64,000 nucleotides of DNA from Podarcis gaigeae (taxonomy: Eukaryota), in NCBI GenBank assembly GCA_964106915.2, contig OZ066923.1, one strand, 5' to 3'. The translations under genes were made by a program, and so were the position numbers. Position 1 is the first letter of the stretch. Each line of letters starts with the position of its first letter. The notes below the pieces were generated by a model. The model searched no databases, was not told where the DNA came from, and saw nothing but the letters and a program-made list of their open reading frames with translations. Positions 63,153 through 64,000 of this stretch are shown here, piece after piece.

Positions 63153-64000
63153 CTACAAAAAGAAGTTCATTACACTATTAGATTCATTTTAAGATTTCTA
63201 AAACAGAAGAAAAGCTCTGCTGCATCAGGCAATTGGTCCATCCATTCCAGCATGCTGTTTCCCCAGAGTGGTTGCAGCGAACCCCCTCTTAACTATAGGC
63301 TAATTTATGGTTATTTAAAGTCTGGCACTTGGAGACTTGGGGAAGTTAAGCAAGAAAAAGATTTTCTTTTAGAACGAAACTGGTAAACAGAGTGTGCCAG
63401 GAGATAGTATTTTATCAAGAAACAGTTAAACATACTGTATATCTTAAATTCAGCAGATGTTACAGACTTCTAAACAAGGTGGTAAACGCACAGTTTCTTC
63501 AGCTAATTATATAGGTGTTACAGCTTAGCTCCTAATACTTGGGTTCCTAAACAAGGTGGTTCTTTATTTCAGTCTCCCAATCTTCTTTAAATCACACTCC
63601 TGAGGCTTCTCTAGTAGTATAACAGACGGAGGGGATCACCACACCCCTCCAACTGTTTTGGGATTCTTCTCTTTATCTATCCCCTTCTTACTGAATGGAG
63701 AAAAGCTGAGCTATGGAATTCCTTGGCATAAGGAAAACACTATGGCAAAGCAATATCCAAAGATGGATTAGATATCAGTACAAAATGGTGCCAGTAATTC
63801 TCAACTGATTATGCCACATTCTGCTTCCATCTGCCGTTATGTTGAGACTGACTGTGTCACTGCACCACCATTTTGTGACTGGTGGGCATCAGCAATTTTC
63901 AGCCACCTCTAGTGGGCCCCAGACAACCCCTGACTTAAAAGAATTATTTCAACAATTATGTTGAAATAATTTCAAATATTTCAGATATGTTAAAATAAAT

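Noticed and set aside
63942-63971. 13-bp AT-rich inverted repeat
   Set aside because: Short and low-complexity; not distinguishable from background.

Overview
Vertebrate genomic DNA, most likely a squamate and probably a lacertid lizard (inferred from the SINE and LINE tail types). It is AT-rich, with one CpG island at about 8950-9650 and two assembly gaps. It holds two convergent protein-coding genes. CSRP2 is complete on the + strand: non-coding exon 1 in the CpG island plus 5 coding exons, 582 nt, 193 aa, two LIM domains. ZDHHC17/HIP14 is on the - strand: exons 2-17, 1806 coding nt, with exon 1 beyond the window end. Its intron 10 is a U12-type AT-AC minor intron. Upstream of CSRP2 lie a full-length SNRPF retrocopy with target-site duplications, a triple-nested TE cluster containing a Penelope-type fold-back with an intact minimal hammerhead ribozyme core, and a chain of strong minus-strand exon candidates suggesting a divergent spliced non-coding transcript. 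ZDHHC17 intron 7 has a candidate poison exon followed by U12-type 5' splice-site motifs (USSE-like layout) and a BED-finger fossil. Intron 2 has a nested perfect palindrome resembling a young pre-miRNA. Gene models were read by eye from splice sites and reading frame. TE family names come from motif recognition, not database searches.
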